Of a DNA stretch of 64,000 nt, positions 1-11,110 are shown one piece after another. The position numbers and the translations under genes were made by a program. The stretch is taken from assembly GCA_964016885.1 (NCBI GenBank), contig OZ024764.1, positions 12,524,001 to 12,588,000 of the forward strand, given 5' to 3'. Source of the stretch: Eledone cirrhosa. Lineage: Eukaryota. A model generated the notes under the pieces. It saw only the letters and a list, made by a program, of their open reading frames with translations. It was not told where the DNA came from and searched no databases. How positions within the stretch are numbered: position 1 is the stretch's first letter; the number at the start of each line of letters is the position of its first letter.

Positions 1-908
1 GACACTCTTGTGGACACGAAGAGAAGACTCTCATTTATTCTTGTATATATATAGTGTAAATATAATGTTGTATATATAGTGTGGTGTATGTATATATATA
101 TATATATGTATATATTGTGGTATATTATATAAGGACAGCAATGTGTTCAGCTGTGGTAGAACCACATCTAGCCAAGCTTTATAACTGACACTCTTGTGGA
201 CACGAAGAGAAGACTCTCGTTTATTCTTGTATATATGTAGTGTATATATAATGTTGTGTATATATGTGGTGTATATATATATATATATTGTGGTATATTA
301 TATAAGGACAGCAATGTGTTCAGCTGTGGTAGAACCACATCTAGCCAAGCTTTGTAGCTGACACTCTTGTGGACACGAAGAGAAGACTCGTTTATTCTTG
401 TATATATATAGTGTATATATAATGTTGTATATATAGTGTGGTGTATATATATATATACATTGTGGTATATTATATAAGGACAGCAATGTGTTAAGCTGTG
501 GTAGAACCACATCTAGCCAAGCTTTGTAACTGACACTCTTGTGGACACGACAAGAAGACTCTCGTTTATTCTTGTATATATGTAGTGTATATATAATGTT
601 GTGTATATATGTGGTGTATATATATATATATATTGTGGTATATTATATAAGGACAGCAATGTGTTCAGCTGTCGTAGAACCACATCTAGCCAAGGTTTGT
701 AACTGACACTCTTGTGGACACGAAGAGAAGACTCTCATTTATTCTTGTATATATGTAGTGTATATATAATGTTGTATACATAGTGTGGTGTATATAGTAT
801 ATATATATATTGTGGTATATTATATAAGGACAGCAATGTGTTCAGCTGTCGTAGAACCACATCTAGCCAAGCTTTGTAACTGACACTCTTGTGGACACGA
901 AGAGAAGA
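1..908 (+). repeat. Tandem repeat, ~172-186 bp unit, ~5 copies (continues off the left edge), with variable internal (TA)n
   Basis: GACACTCTTGTGGACACGAAGAGAAGA recurs at 1, 187, 360, 532, 704 and 882. Confidence 0.95.
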
Positions 909-2605
909 AAAATTATAGATATGACTTCCTCTTTTGACATGGGACTAAATGATAAAGGAAAAGACAAGAAAAACTACTACAATGATCTGAAAGTATGGAG
1001 GGGTGACGTATATAAAGTAATATTGGTACCAGTAATTATAGGGGTCTTGGGATGGGTAACAGAGGGGTGACATATATAAAGTAATATTGGTACCAGTAAT
1101 TATAGGGGTCTTGGGATGGGTAACAGAGGGGTGACATATATAAGGTAATATTGGTACCAGTAATTATAGGGGTCTTGGGATGGGTAACAGAGGGGTGACA
1201 TATATAAGGTAATATTGGTACCAGTAATTATAGGGGTCTTGGGATGGGTAACAGAGGGGTGACATATATAAAGTAATATTGGTACCAGTAATTATAGGGG
1301 TCTTGGGATGGGTAACAGAGGGGTGACGTATATAAGGTAATATTGGTACCAGTAATTATAGGGGTCTTGGGATGGGTAACAGAGGGGTGACGTATATAAG
1401 GTAATATTGGTACCAGTAATTATAGGGGCCCTGGGATGGGTAACAGAGGGGTGACATATATAAAGTAATATTGGTACCAGTAATTATAGGGGTCTTGGGA
1501 TGGGTAACAGAGGGGTGACATATATAAAGTAATATTGGTACCAGTAATTATAGGGGTCTTGGGATGGGTAACAGAGGGGTGACGTATATAAAGTAATATT
1601 GGTACCAGTAATTATAGGGGCCCTGGGATGGGTAACAGAGGGGTGACATATATAAAGTAATATTGGTACCAGTAATTATAGGGGTCTTGGGATGGGTAAC
1701 AGAGGGGTGACATATATAAAGTAATATTGGTACCAGTAATTATAGGGGTCTTGGGATGGGTAACAGAGGGGTGACGTATATAAAGTAATATTGGTACCAG
1801 TAATTATAGGGGCCCTGGGATGGGTAACAGAGGGGTGACATATATAAAGTAATATTGGTACCAGTAATTATAGGGGTCTTGGGATGGGTAACAGAGGGGT
1901 GACATATATAAAGTAATATTGGTACCAGTAATTATAGGGGTCTTGGGATGGGTAACAGAGGGGTGACATATATAAAGTAATATTGGTACCAGTAATTATA
2001 GGGGTCTTGGGATGGGTAACAGAGGGGTGACATATATAAAGTAATATTGGTACCAGTAATTATAGGGGTCTTGGGATGGGTAACAGAGGGGTGACATATA
2101 TAAAGTAATATTGGTACCAGTAATTATAGGGGTCTTGGGATGGGTAACAGAGGGGTGACGTATATAAGGTAATATTGGTACCAGTAATTATAGGGGTCTT
2201 GGGATGGGTAACAGAGGGGTGAAGAGAAACCAGAGTTATATGGGATCATCGATATTAAAGTGATTTTTGGAAATAGGTGAAGTGTTAGGGGCTTGCTCCG
2301 CCTTTGCCACGGGTTGACCTGGTATTGCATATATAAGGTAATATGGGTACCAGTAATTATAGGGGCCCTGGGATGGGTAACAGAGGGGTGATATATATAT
2401 AAGGTAATATTGGTACCAGTAATTATACTGTACAAAAACCCTGCCTACTTGGCTCTACCAGAATAGTTAGAAAGATGGTGGATACCATCTAGAAGATTAT
2501 AAAGCAAGTCTTATCATCTTAAGCTCCGAGATGAAGCCCGATGGTAATACCAGTAATTAACACCAACACTGTGTAATGATAAAGATAACATTTTCCAATA
2601 ATAAT
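882..2605 (+). mobile_element. Decayed 3' end of an RLE-type (R4/Dong-like) non-LTR retrotransposon, interrupted by a minisatellite
   Basis: Manual translation: 882-1070 = DTLVDTKRRKIIDMTSSFDMGLNDKGKDKKNYYNDLKVWRGDVYKVILVPVIIGVLGWVTEG*; 2427-2492 = TVQKPCLLGSTRIVRKMVDTI*. These resemble the R4-clade RLE motifs (PD..VD....IID; EK..KY.DL; VPVIIGALG; QK..LLGT.RI.R). Ends in AATAATAA. Confidence 0.75.
998..2427 (+). repeat. 64-bp minisatellite (~19 copies plus 1.5 after a unique ~110-bp spacer at 2222-2330)
   Basis: Unit AAAGTAATATTGGTACCAGTAATTATAGGGG(T/C)C(T/C)TGGGATGGGTAACAGAGGGGTGACATATAT; GGTACC at 1025, 1089, ... Confidence 0.97.
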
Positions 2606-2878
2606 TGTTTCTACTTTAGGCAGAAGGCCAGCAATTTGAAGGGGAGGGTGGGTGGGGGAAAGTCATTTAAATCGACCCCCAGTGCATTACTGGTACTTTA
2701 TTTTTTATCGACCCCCCCGTAAGGATGAAAGGCAAAGTTAACCTCGGCGGGATTTCGCTTTGCTTTTCATCCTTACGGGGTCAATAAAATAAAGTACCAG
2801 TAATACACTGGGGTTGATTTAATCAACTTTCTCCTCCTCCTCCAAATTGCTGGCCTTGTGCCTAAAGTAGAAACTGTT
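2605..2878. mobile_element. Two inverted (head-to-head) tRNA-derived SINE fragments with Meta-like core
   Basis: 2605-2757 is the reverse complement of 2758-2878 over TTTCATCCTTACGGGGTC..TAAAATAAAGTACCAG..GCTGGCCTTGTGCCTAAAGTAGAAAC. Confidence 0.85.
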
Positions 2879-2980
2879 TAACAATAATAATAATCATACA
2901 AAAGTAAAAAAAGAAAGATATTTTTTAAAAAATAGTAAAAAAAAAAAAGCAACCATCTTACCTTTGTTTCATCCACACTG

Positions 2981-3050
2981 TCATCATCATCATCATCATC
3001 CTCGTTTTATGTCCGCTTTTCACACTGGCATGGGTTGGACAGGTCGTCAC
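2981..3050 (-). mobile_element. RTE-family 3' tail fragment with (GAT)n
   Basis: (CAT)n-CGTTTTATGTCCG...GCATGGGTTGGACAGG matches the reverse complement of the 52490-52556 tail. Confidence 0.7.
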
Positions 3051-3240
3051 AGACCACGTCAGCACTGAGGAGGAGGGACGGGGGGAGGGGGAGCACGGAA
3101 ATGGCCGAGACCTTTATTTATTTATATATATATATATATATACATGGTATGGTATGGACCTATAACTCCTCTGGGAGTCATAAGGGTGCCATGTTGAGAT
3201 ACATCAGTTCCTTTGGGCATTTGTGTCTATTGTTTTTTTG

Positions 3241-4815
3241 TTTTAAACCTGGCAGAGCCCATCTCCTTCTCCAGGTCTGAGTAAAGAAGATTTCTTCCAG
3301 GGAAGGATAGAGGGTGAGAAAGAGAGGAAGTGAGAAAGAGATATAGAGGAAGAATTGACCCCAGTTTTAAACCTGGCAAAGCCTATCCCTTTTCCAGGCC
3401 TGAGTAAAGAAGATTTCTTCCAGGGAAGGATAGAGGGTGAGAAAGAGATATAGAGGAAGAGTTGACCCCAGTTTTAAACCTGGCAAAGCCTATCCCTTTT
3501 CCAGGCCTGAGCAAAGAAGATTTCTTCCAGGAAAGGATATAGGGTGAGAAAGAGATATAGAGGAAGAGTTGACCCCAGTTTTAAACCTGGCAAAGCCTAT
3601 GCCTTTTCCAGGCCTGAGTATAGCAGATTTCTTCCAGGGAAGGATAGAGGGTGAGAAAGAGAGGACGTGAGAAAGAGATATAGAAGAAGAATCAACCCCA
3701 GTTTTAAACCTGGCAGAGCCCATCTCCTTCTCCAGGTCTGAGTAAAGAAGATTTCTTCCAGGGAAGGATATAGGGTGAGAAAGAGATATAGAGGAAGAGT
3801 TGACCCCAGTTTTAAACCTGGCAAAGCCTATCCTTCTCCAGGTCTGAGTAAAGAAGGCTTCTTCCAGGGAAGGATAGAGGGTGAGAAAAAGAGGAAGTGA
3901 GAAAGAGATATAGAGGAAGAATCAACCCCAGTTTTAAACCTGGCAAAGCCTATCCTTCTCCAGGCCTGAATAAAGGAGATTTCTTCCAGGGAAGGATAGA
4001 GAGAATGAGATATAGAGAGACAGGAAGTGAGAAAGAGATATAGAAGAAGAATTGACCCCAGTTTTAAACCTGGCAAAGCCTATCCTTCTCCAGGCCTGAG
4101 TAAAGGAGATTTCTTCCAGGGAAGGATAGAGAGAATGAGATATAGAGAGACAGGAAGTGAGAAAGAGATATAGAAGAAGAATTGACCCCAGTTTTAAACC
4201 TGGCAAAGCCTATCCTTCTCCAGGGCTGAGTAAAGGAGATTTCTTCCAGGGAAGGATAGAGAGAATGAGATATAGAGAGACAGGAAGTGAGAAAGAGATA
4301 TAGAAGAAGAATTGACCCCAGTTTTAAACCTGGCAAAGCCTATCCCTTTTCCAAGGCCTGAGTAAAGAAGATTTCTTCCAGGGAAGGATAGAGGGTGAGA
4401 AAGAGAGGAAGTGAGAAAGAGATATAGAGGAAGAGTTGACCCCAGTTTTAAACCTGGCAAAGCCTATCGCTTTTCCAGGCCTGAGTAAAGAAAATTTCTT
4501 CCAGGGAAGGATATAGGGTGAGAAAAATAGGAAGTGAGAAAGAGATATAGAGGAAGAGTTGACCCCAGTTTTAAACCTGGCAAAGCCTATCCCTTTTCCA
4601 GGCCTGAGTAAAGAAGATTTCTTCCAGGGAAGGATAGAGGGTGAGAAAGAGAGGAAGTGAGAAAGAGATATAGAGGAAGAATTGACCCCAGTTTTAAACC
4701 TGGCAAAGCCTATCCCTTTTCCAGGCCTGAGTATAGCAGATTTCTTCCAGAGAAGGATAGAGAGTGTTAGAAAGAGAAGAAGTGAGGAAAAGATATAGAG
4801 GCAGAATCGACCCCA
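3241..4815 (+). repeat. Purine-rich tandem repeat, ~108-130 bp unit, ~13 copies
   Basis: TTTTAAACCTGGCAAAGCCTATCC...CCAGGCCTGAGTAAAGAAGATTTCTTCCAGGGAAGGATAGAG...GACCCCAG recurs; last unit runs into a SINE at ~4805. Confidence 0.95.
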
Positions 4816-4955
4816 GTACTGGACTGGTACTTTTTCATCGACCTTGAAAGGATGAAAGGCAAAGTTGACCTTAGCAGGATTTGAACTGAGAGATCAGAGA
4901 GCTGGGACAAAGCAGTCTATCCAACATTCTAATGACTCTGACAATTTGCCACCCA
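4805..4955 (-). mobile_element. Diverged tRNA-derived SINE (Meta-like core)
   Basis: CGACCCCAGTACT..CTGGTACTT..GGATGAAAGGCAAAGTTGACC..GGATTTGAACT (reverse-strand B-box). Confidence 0.75.
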
Positions 4956-5193
4956 CATATATTCGTACATGCATTTATACACAAGTATTTTTCACAGCTT
5001 CCCTTTAGTCAAAACCTGTACAGTTTGTGTACTGATATGAATTTATATTATATATTTTAAACAAAGAATCAATATTTATATCACATATTTTAAACAAAGA
5101 ATCAATATTTACATTACATATTTTAAAAAAAGATTCAATCGTATTCAACAACTTTTGAGCAAATTTTGAATTTTCGAAAGTATGTCAGCTTAA

Positions 5194-6738
5194 CCCTTTA
5201 GCATTTAAACCAGCCATATCCAGCTAGAATTCAGAATTCTCTCACCACCTCTCTCTGTTCAAACCGGCCATGTCTGACCAGAATGCTCTCACCTCTTTCT
5301 GTTCAAACCGGCCGTAACTGGCCACTCATATTGATGTTAAGGTATTGTTCTCAAAATAAATAATATCAAAATCTTATAGATTCGGTATTATGTGAGCTAA
5401 TTATGTGAAGTAAAGTGTTTACCATGAAAATACAATAGTAAATATAGAGTAATGTAAATGTTATGTGAGATATTATGTGAGGTAAAGCCTTTACTGTGAC
5501 AATACAATAGTATATATAGAGTAATGTAAATGTTATGTGAGATATTATGTGAGGTAAAGCCTTTACTGTGACAATACAATAGTCTATATAGAGTAATGTA
5601 AATGTTATGGGAGATATTATGTGAGGTAAAGACTTTACTGTGAAAATACAATAGTATATATAGAGTAATGTAAATGTTATGTGAGATATTATGTGAGGTA
5701 AAGCCTTTACTGTGAAAATACAATAGTATATATAGAGTAATGTAAATGTTATGTGAGATATTATGTGAGGTAAAGACTTTACTGTGAAAATACAATAGTA
5801 TATATAGAATAATGTAAATGTTATGTGAGATATTATGTGAGGTAAAGCCTTTACTGTGACAATACAATAGTATATATAGAGTAATGTAAATGTTATGTGA
5901 GATATTATGTGAGGTAAAGCCTTTACTGTGACAATACAATAGTCTATATAGAGTAATGTAAATGTTATGGGAGATATTATGTGAGGTAAAGACTTTACTG
6001 TGAAAATACAATAGTATATATAGAGTAATGTAAATGTTATGTGAGATATTATGTGAGGTAAAGCCTTTACTGTGAAAATACAATAGTATATATAGAGTAA
6101 TGTAAATGTTATGTGAGATATTATGTGAGGTAAAGACTTTACTGTGAAAATACAATAGTATATATAGAATAATGTAAATGTTATGTGAGATATTATGTGA
6201 GGTAAAGCCTTTACCGTGAAAATACAATAGTCTATATAGAGTAATGTAAATGTTATGGGAGATATTATGTGAGGTAAAGACTTTACTGTGAAAATACAAT
6301 AGTAAATATAGAGCAATGTAAATACTAAAGGTTTAAACCGGTTGTATCTGGTCAGAATTCTCTCACCTTTTCCTGTTCAAACCTGCTGTAACTGGCCACT
6401 CATACTGATGTTAAGGTATTGTTCTCAAAATAAATAATATCAAAATCTCATAAATTCAATATTATGTGAGATAAAGCCTTTACCGTGAAAATACAATAGT
6501 AAATATAGAGCAATGTAAATACTAAAGGTTTAAACCGGTTGTATCTGGCCAGAATTCTCTCACCTTTTCCTGTTCAAACCTGCTGTAACTGGCCACTCAT
6601 ACTGATGGTAAGGTATTGTTCTCAAAATAAATAATATCAAAATCTCATAGATTCAATGTTATGTGAGATATTATGTAAGGTAAAGACTTTACTGTGAAAA
6701 TACAATAGTATATATAGAGTAATGTAAATGGTAAAGGG
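5194..6738. mobile_element. piggyBac-like non-autonomous element (MITE) with TTAA target-site duplication, inflated by an internal minisatellite
   Basis: TTAA (5190-5193) CCCTTTAGCATTTA ... TAAATGGTAAAGGG TTAA (6739-6742); TIRs match at 13/14; internal ~177-bp duplications at 6330-6690. Confidence 0.8.
5400..6325 (+). repeat. 72-bp AT-rich minisatellite inside the MITE
   Basis: Unit TTATGTGAGATATTATGTGAGGTAAAG(C/A)CTTTACTGTGA(A/C)AATACAATAGTATATATAGAGTAATGTAAATG; produces the artefactual ORFs 5366-6316 and 5397-6299 with a 24-aa period. Confidence 0.95.
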
Positions 6739-6899
6739 TTAAACATCGTCCAACTGATTTCTTCATTTCAATTGGCCAGTTTCAAGCCAACTGGTCAGTT
6801 GTTTCTGTTGATGGTAGCAGTTGTGTTGGTGGTCAAGCATTGGTTCTGTTGGTCAGGTGACAATATACCATGAGGCTTGGTTCTGTTGCTTCTGTTGTC

Positions 6900-7285
6900 G
6901 TTGTTGGTGGTGTTAGTAGTGGTGGTGATGGTGGTGGTAGTGGTGTTGGTAGTGGTGGTGTTGGTGGTGGTGGTGATGGTGGTGGTAATGGTGTTGGTAT
7001 GGTGGTGTTTGTGGTGGCGATGGTGTTGGTAGTGGTGGTGTTGGTAGTGGTGATGGTAGTGGTGGTGATGGTGGTGGTAATGGTGTTGGTAGTGGTGGTG
7101 ATGGTGGTGTTGGTGGTGGCGATGGTGTTGGTAGTGTTGGTGTTGGTGTTGGTAGTGGTGGTGATGGTGGTGGTGGTGTCGGTGATGGTGTTGGTGGTGG
7201 TGATGGTGGTGGTGGCGATGGTGTTGGTAGTAGTGGTGTTAGTGGTGGTGGATAATGGTGTTGGTAGTGGTGGTGGTGGTGGTGG
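6900..7285 (+). repeat. (GTG/GTT/GAT)n degenerate trinucleotide tract
   Basis: Direct reading. Confidence 0.9.
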
Positions 7286-8960
7286 TCAAACATTGGTTCC
7301 ACTGGTGGTCAGCTGACAATATCCCATCATGCTCTGGTCAGTTGCTTATGGTGTTGGTAGTAGTGGTGGTGGTGTTGGTGGTGGTCAAACATTGGTTCCA
7401 CTGGTGGTCAGGTGACAATATCCCATCATGCTCTGGTCAGTTGCTTATGGTGTTGGTAGTAGTGGTGTTGGTAGTGGTGGTGGTGGTGGTGGTGGTGGTG
7501 GTCAAACATTGGTTCCACTGGTGGTCAGGTGACAGTATCCCATCATGCTCTGGTCAGTTGCTTATGGTGTTGGTAGTAGTGGTGTTGGTAGTGGTGGTGG
7601 TCAAACATTGGTTCCACTGGTGGTCAGCTGACAATATCCCATCATGCTCTGGTCAGTTGCTTATGGTGTTGGTAGTAGTGGTGTTGGTAGTGGTGGTGGT
7701 CAAACATTGGTTCCACTGGTGGTCAGGTGACAATATCCCATCATGCTCTGGTCAGTTGCTTATGGTGTTGGTAGTAGTGGTGTTGGTAGTGGTGGTGGTC
7801 AAACATTGGTTCCACTGGTGGTCAGCTGACAATATCCCATCATGCTCTGGTCAGTTGCTTATGGTGTTGGTGTTGGTGGTCAAACATTGGTTCCACTGGT
7901 GGTCAGGTGACAATATCCCATCATGCTCTGGTCAGTTGCTTATGGTGTTGGTAGTAGTGGTGGTAGTGGTGTTGGTGGTCAAACATTGGTTCCACTGGTG
8001 GTCAGGTGACAATATCCCATCATGCTCTGGTCAGTTGCTTATGGTGTTGGTAGTAGTGGTGGTGGTAGTGTTGGTGGTCAAACATTGGTTCCACTGGTGG
8101 TCAGGTGACAATATCCCATCATGCTCTGGTCAGTTGCTTCTGTTGTTGGTAGTGGTGGTGGTGGTGTTGGTGGTCAAACATTGGTTCCACTGGTGGTCAG
8201 CTGACAATATCCCATCATGCTCTGGTCAGTTGCTTATGGTGTTGGTAGTAGTGGTGGTAGTGGTGTTGGTGGTCAAACATTTGTTCCACTGGTGGTCAGG
8301 TGACAATATCCCATCATGCTCTGGTCAGTTGCTTATGGTGTTGGTAGTAGTGTTGGTGGTGGTCAAACATTGGTTCCACTGGTGGTCAGCTGACAATATC
8401 CCATTATGCTCTGGTCAGTTGCTTCTGTTGTTGGTAGTAGTGGTGTTGGTAGTGGTGGTGGTCAAACATTGGTTCCACTGGTGGTCAGGTGACAATATCC
8501 CATCATGCTCTGGTCAGTTGCTTATGGTGTTGGTAGTAGTGGTGTTGGTGGTGTTGGTGGTCAAACATTGGTTCCACTGGTGGTCAGCTGACAATATCCC
8601 ATCATGCTCTGGTCAGTTGCTTATGGTGTTGGTAGTGGTGGTGGTGGTGGTGTTGGTGGTCAAACATTGGTTCCACTGGTGGTCAGCTGACAATATCCCA
8701 TCATGCTCTGGTCAGTTGCTTATGGTGTTGGTAGTAGTGGTGTTGGTGGTGTTGGTGGTCAAACATTGGTTCCACTGGTGGTCAGCTGACAATATCCCAT
8801 CATGCTCTGGTCAGTTGCTTATGGTGTTGGTAGTAGTGGTGTTGGTAGTGGTGGTGGTGGTGTTGGTAGTGGTGGTGGTGGTGTTGGTGGTCAAACATTG
8901 GTTCCACTGGTGGTCAGCTGACAATATCCCATCATGCTCTGGTCAGTTGCTTCTGTTGTT
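7285..8960 (+). repeat. VNTR: ~65-bp constant core plus variable (GTG/GTA/TTG)n spacer, ~17 copies
   Basis: Core GGTCAAACATTGGTTCCACTGGTGGTCAG(G/C)TGACAATATCCCATCATGCTCTGGTCAGTTGCTT; a diverged ancestral-like monomer lies at 6790-6900. Confidence 0.95.
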
Positions 8961-8999
8961 GAGAAAAATCTTCCTGGGTCCACAATCGCTTTCATTCTT

Positions 9000-9560
9000 G
9001 TTTGTGTGTGTGTGGTTGTGTGTGTATATGTGGTGTATGTGTGACACTGTGTGTGTGAGAGAGTGTGACGTGTGTGTGTAGGTAACACTGTGTGTGTGAG
9101 AGTGTGGCGTGTGTGTGTAGGTAACACTGTGTGTGTGAGAGAGTGTGGCGTGTGTGTGTAGGTAACACTGTGTGTGTGAGAGACAGTGTGGTGTGTGTGT
9201 GTAGGTGACAGTGTGTGTGTGTGAGACAGTGTGGTGTGTGTGTGTAGGTGAGTGTGTGTGTGTGTGAGAGACAGTGTGGTGTGTGTGTAGGTGACAGTGT
9301 GTGTGTAGGTGACACTGTGTGTGTGTGTGTGTAGGTGACACTGTGTGTGTAGGTTTAGGTGACACTGTGTGTGTGTGTGTGTAGGTGACACTGTGTGTGT
9401 GTGTGTAGGCGACAGTGTGTGACACTGTGTAGGTGACACTGTGTGTGTAGGTGACAGTGTGTGTGTGTGTGTAGGCGACAGTGTGTGACACTGTGTAGGT
9501 GACACTGTGTGTGTGTGTAGGTGACAGTGTGTGACAGTGTGTGACACTGTGTGTGTGTCA
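9000..9560 (+). repeat. (GT)n-rich compound repeat with recurring GTAGGTGACACT
   Basis: Direct reading. Confidence 0.9.
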
Positions 9561-9632
9561 CTAGTCATCTTGATTACAGAGGTTGACATTAAATGTCCCC
9601 TTGACCAAGGTATCAGCAAACATAGGAGATAG
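9561..9632 (-). other. Candidate terminal exon (LSPMFADTLVKGTFNVNLCNQDD*) of an unidentified minus-strand gene
   Basis: Polypyrimidine (CT)n-ATTGCAG acceptor on the minus strand, then 23 non-repetitive codons and TAG; no recognisable homology. Confidence 0.25.
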
Positions 9633-9639
9633 CTGCAAT

Positions 9640-10060
9640 AGAGAGAGAGAGATATATATATATATATATAGGGGTTAGTGTTGTTAGAGAGGGGGGGAGA
9701 GAGAGGGGGAGGGGGAGAAGGAATCAGTGTTGTTAGAGAGAGGGGGAGAGGATAGGGAGAGGGGGATGGAGGGGGAGAGGAGAGAGATATATAGGGGTTA
9801 GTGTTGTTAGAGAGAGGGAGGAGAGGGGGAGGGGGAGAAGGAATCAGTGTTGTTAGAGAGAGGGGGAGAGGATAGGGAGAGGAGAGAGAGGGGGATGGAG
9901 GGAGAGAGGAGAGAGAGATATATAGGGGTTAGTGTTGTTAGAGAGAGGGAGGAGAGGGGGGGTGAGAAGGAATCAATGTTGTTAGAGAGAGGGGAGAGGA
10001 GAGAGGAGAGGGAGGGAGAGAGGAGAGAGGAGAGAGAGGGAGAGAGGAGAGAGAGAAATA
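9640..10060 (+). repeat. GA-rich compound minisatellite
   Basis: TAGTGTTGTTAGAGAGAGGG..GAGAAGGAATCA repeated. Confidence 0.85.
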
Positions 10061-10412
10061 CAATAGGAGAGGAACCAGAGACATGCAAGAAGAAAAACAA
10101 CAACAACAACAACAACAACAAGATGCAGACAAAAGCCAACATATTCCAGAAGACTGAGTATCATCATCATCACCACATCATCATCATCATCATCATCATC
10201 ATCAACATCATCATTTAATATTGTCCTCCTACCCGACTTGGCAAGGGTTGTACCCAGTTACCAGACCAAATCTAGCTGTCGAAACGGCCGGAGCTCTGCC
10301 GTCGGGGTCCTGACTCTTTTCCTATTTCCCACTCTACTACCCTAAGTATTGAGTACTCTGGTACGTTATTACGTTATGGTCCATCTGGTTCCTTACCACA
10401 ATTCCTTCGTTG

Positions 10413-10443
<31 letters not shown>

Positions 10444-10446
<3 letters not shown>

Positions 10447-10498
10447 GCTTCTACAGGACTAGAACTGTTTCATTCGGGAGAAATCATCAGGAAGCCCT
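10444..10498 (-). ncRNA. Type I hammerhead ribozyme motif (minimal, Penelope-like-element type)
   Basis: Minus strand: AGGGCUUC-CUGAUGA-UUUCUCCCGAAU-GAA-ACAG-UUCUAGUC-CUGU-A-GAAGCCUU; 8-bp stem I, intact core, GUA cleavage triplet. Confidence 0.85.
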
Positions 10499-10562
10499 GA
10501 GTACCTTACTGTGGTTAGCCTCGATTGAACCCTGGATACACTTATCTATATATCTATCTATA

Positions 10563-11110
10563 TGTTTGGTGGACACGATTGAAAGGTCTGAGGTCAGGCA
10601 ACTTCCTCTCTGGCCATAGTCTGGTCTACTTCTTCCGATATCACTTCGGAAGAAGGATAAGAATGGAGAGAGAGGTGCTTGGCCACCGGCAGTTTTATGA
10701 AAGGTGGGTGATAGTGGCGAGAATGGCTCGTGTAAATGGGCCTTCTCTGTATACCATCCTGTAGGTAAAGAAGTGAAGGAGAGGGGAGCACCTTCTCCAT
10801 GTGCTCCCCGGGCAAAGGATTGCACACTTTTTCGGGGGTGTGTGCAACCCCCATCACGTCGCCTCCCTTTTGAGGTTGTTTTCGATTATTTTCATTTTAT
10901 ACCCTTTTTACTCGATTGTATGTAAACTCCCCCTTTGTATTTGTCCCTTCTTTTTATGCCTTTATGGTAAATAAAGAAATATATCTATATATCTATCTAT
11001 CTATCTATCTATCTATCTAAATAAAGAAATATATCTATCTATCTATCTATTTCTCTATTCCCCCTTTGTATTTGTCCCCTTCTTTTGTGCCCCTGTGGCT
11101 AATAAAGAAA
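10563..11110 (+). mobile_element. Tx1/L1-like LINE 3' fragment (ORF2 C-terminus, 3' UTR and a duplicated 3' stub) in (TATC)n
   Basis: VWWTRLKGLRSGNFLSGHSLVYFFRYHFGRRIRMEREVLGHRQFYERW..IL* (stop ends 10764); ends AATAAAGAAA-TATATCTATCT; homologous to 60722-61850. Confidence 0.7.

Noticed and set aside
2955-3000. Minus-strand splice donor AAG|GTAAG after DDDDDDSVDETK
   Set aside because: The upstream sequence is an RTE (GAT)n tail; too little unique sequence to support an exon
7255-9081. 608-aa repetitive ORF and CRISPR-like constant repeat/variable spacer pattern
   Set aside because: Spacers are only (GTG)n length variants, which keeps the frame open trivially; the repeat is too long, no cas genes are present and the context is eukaryotic
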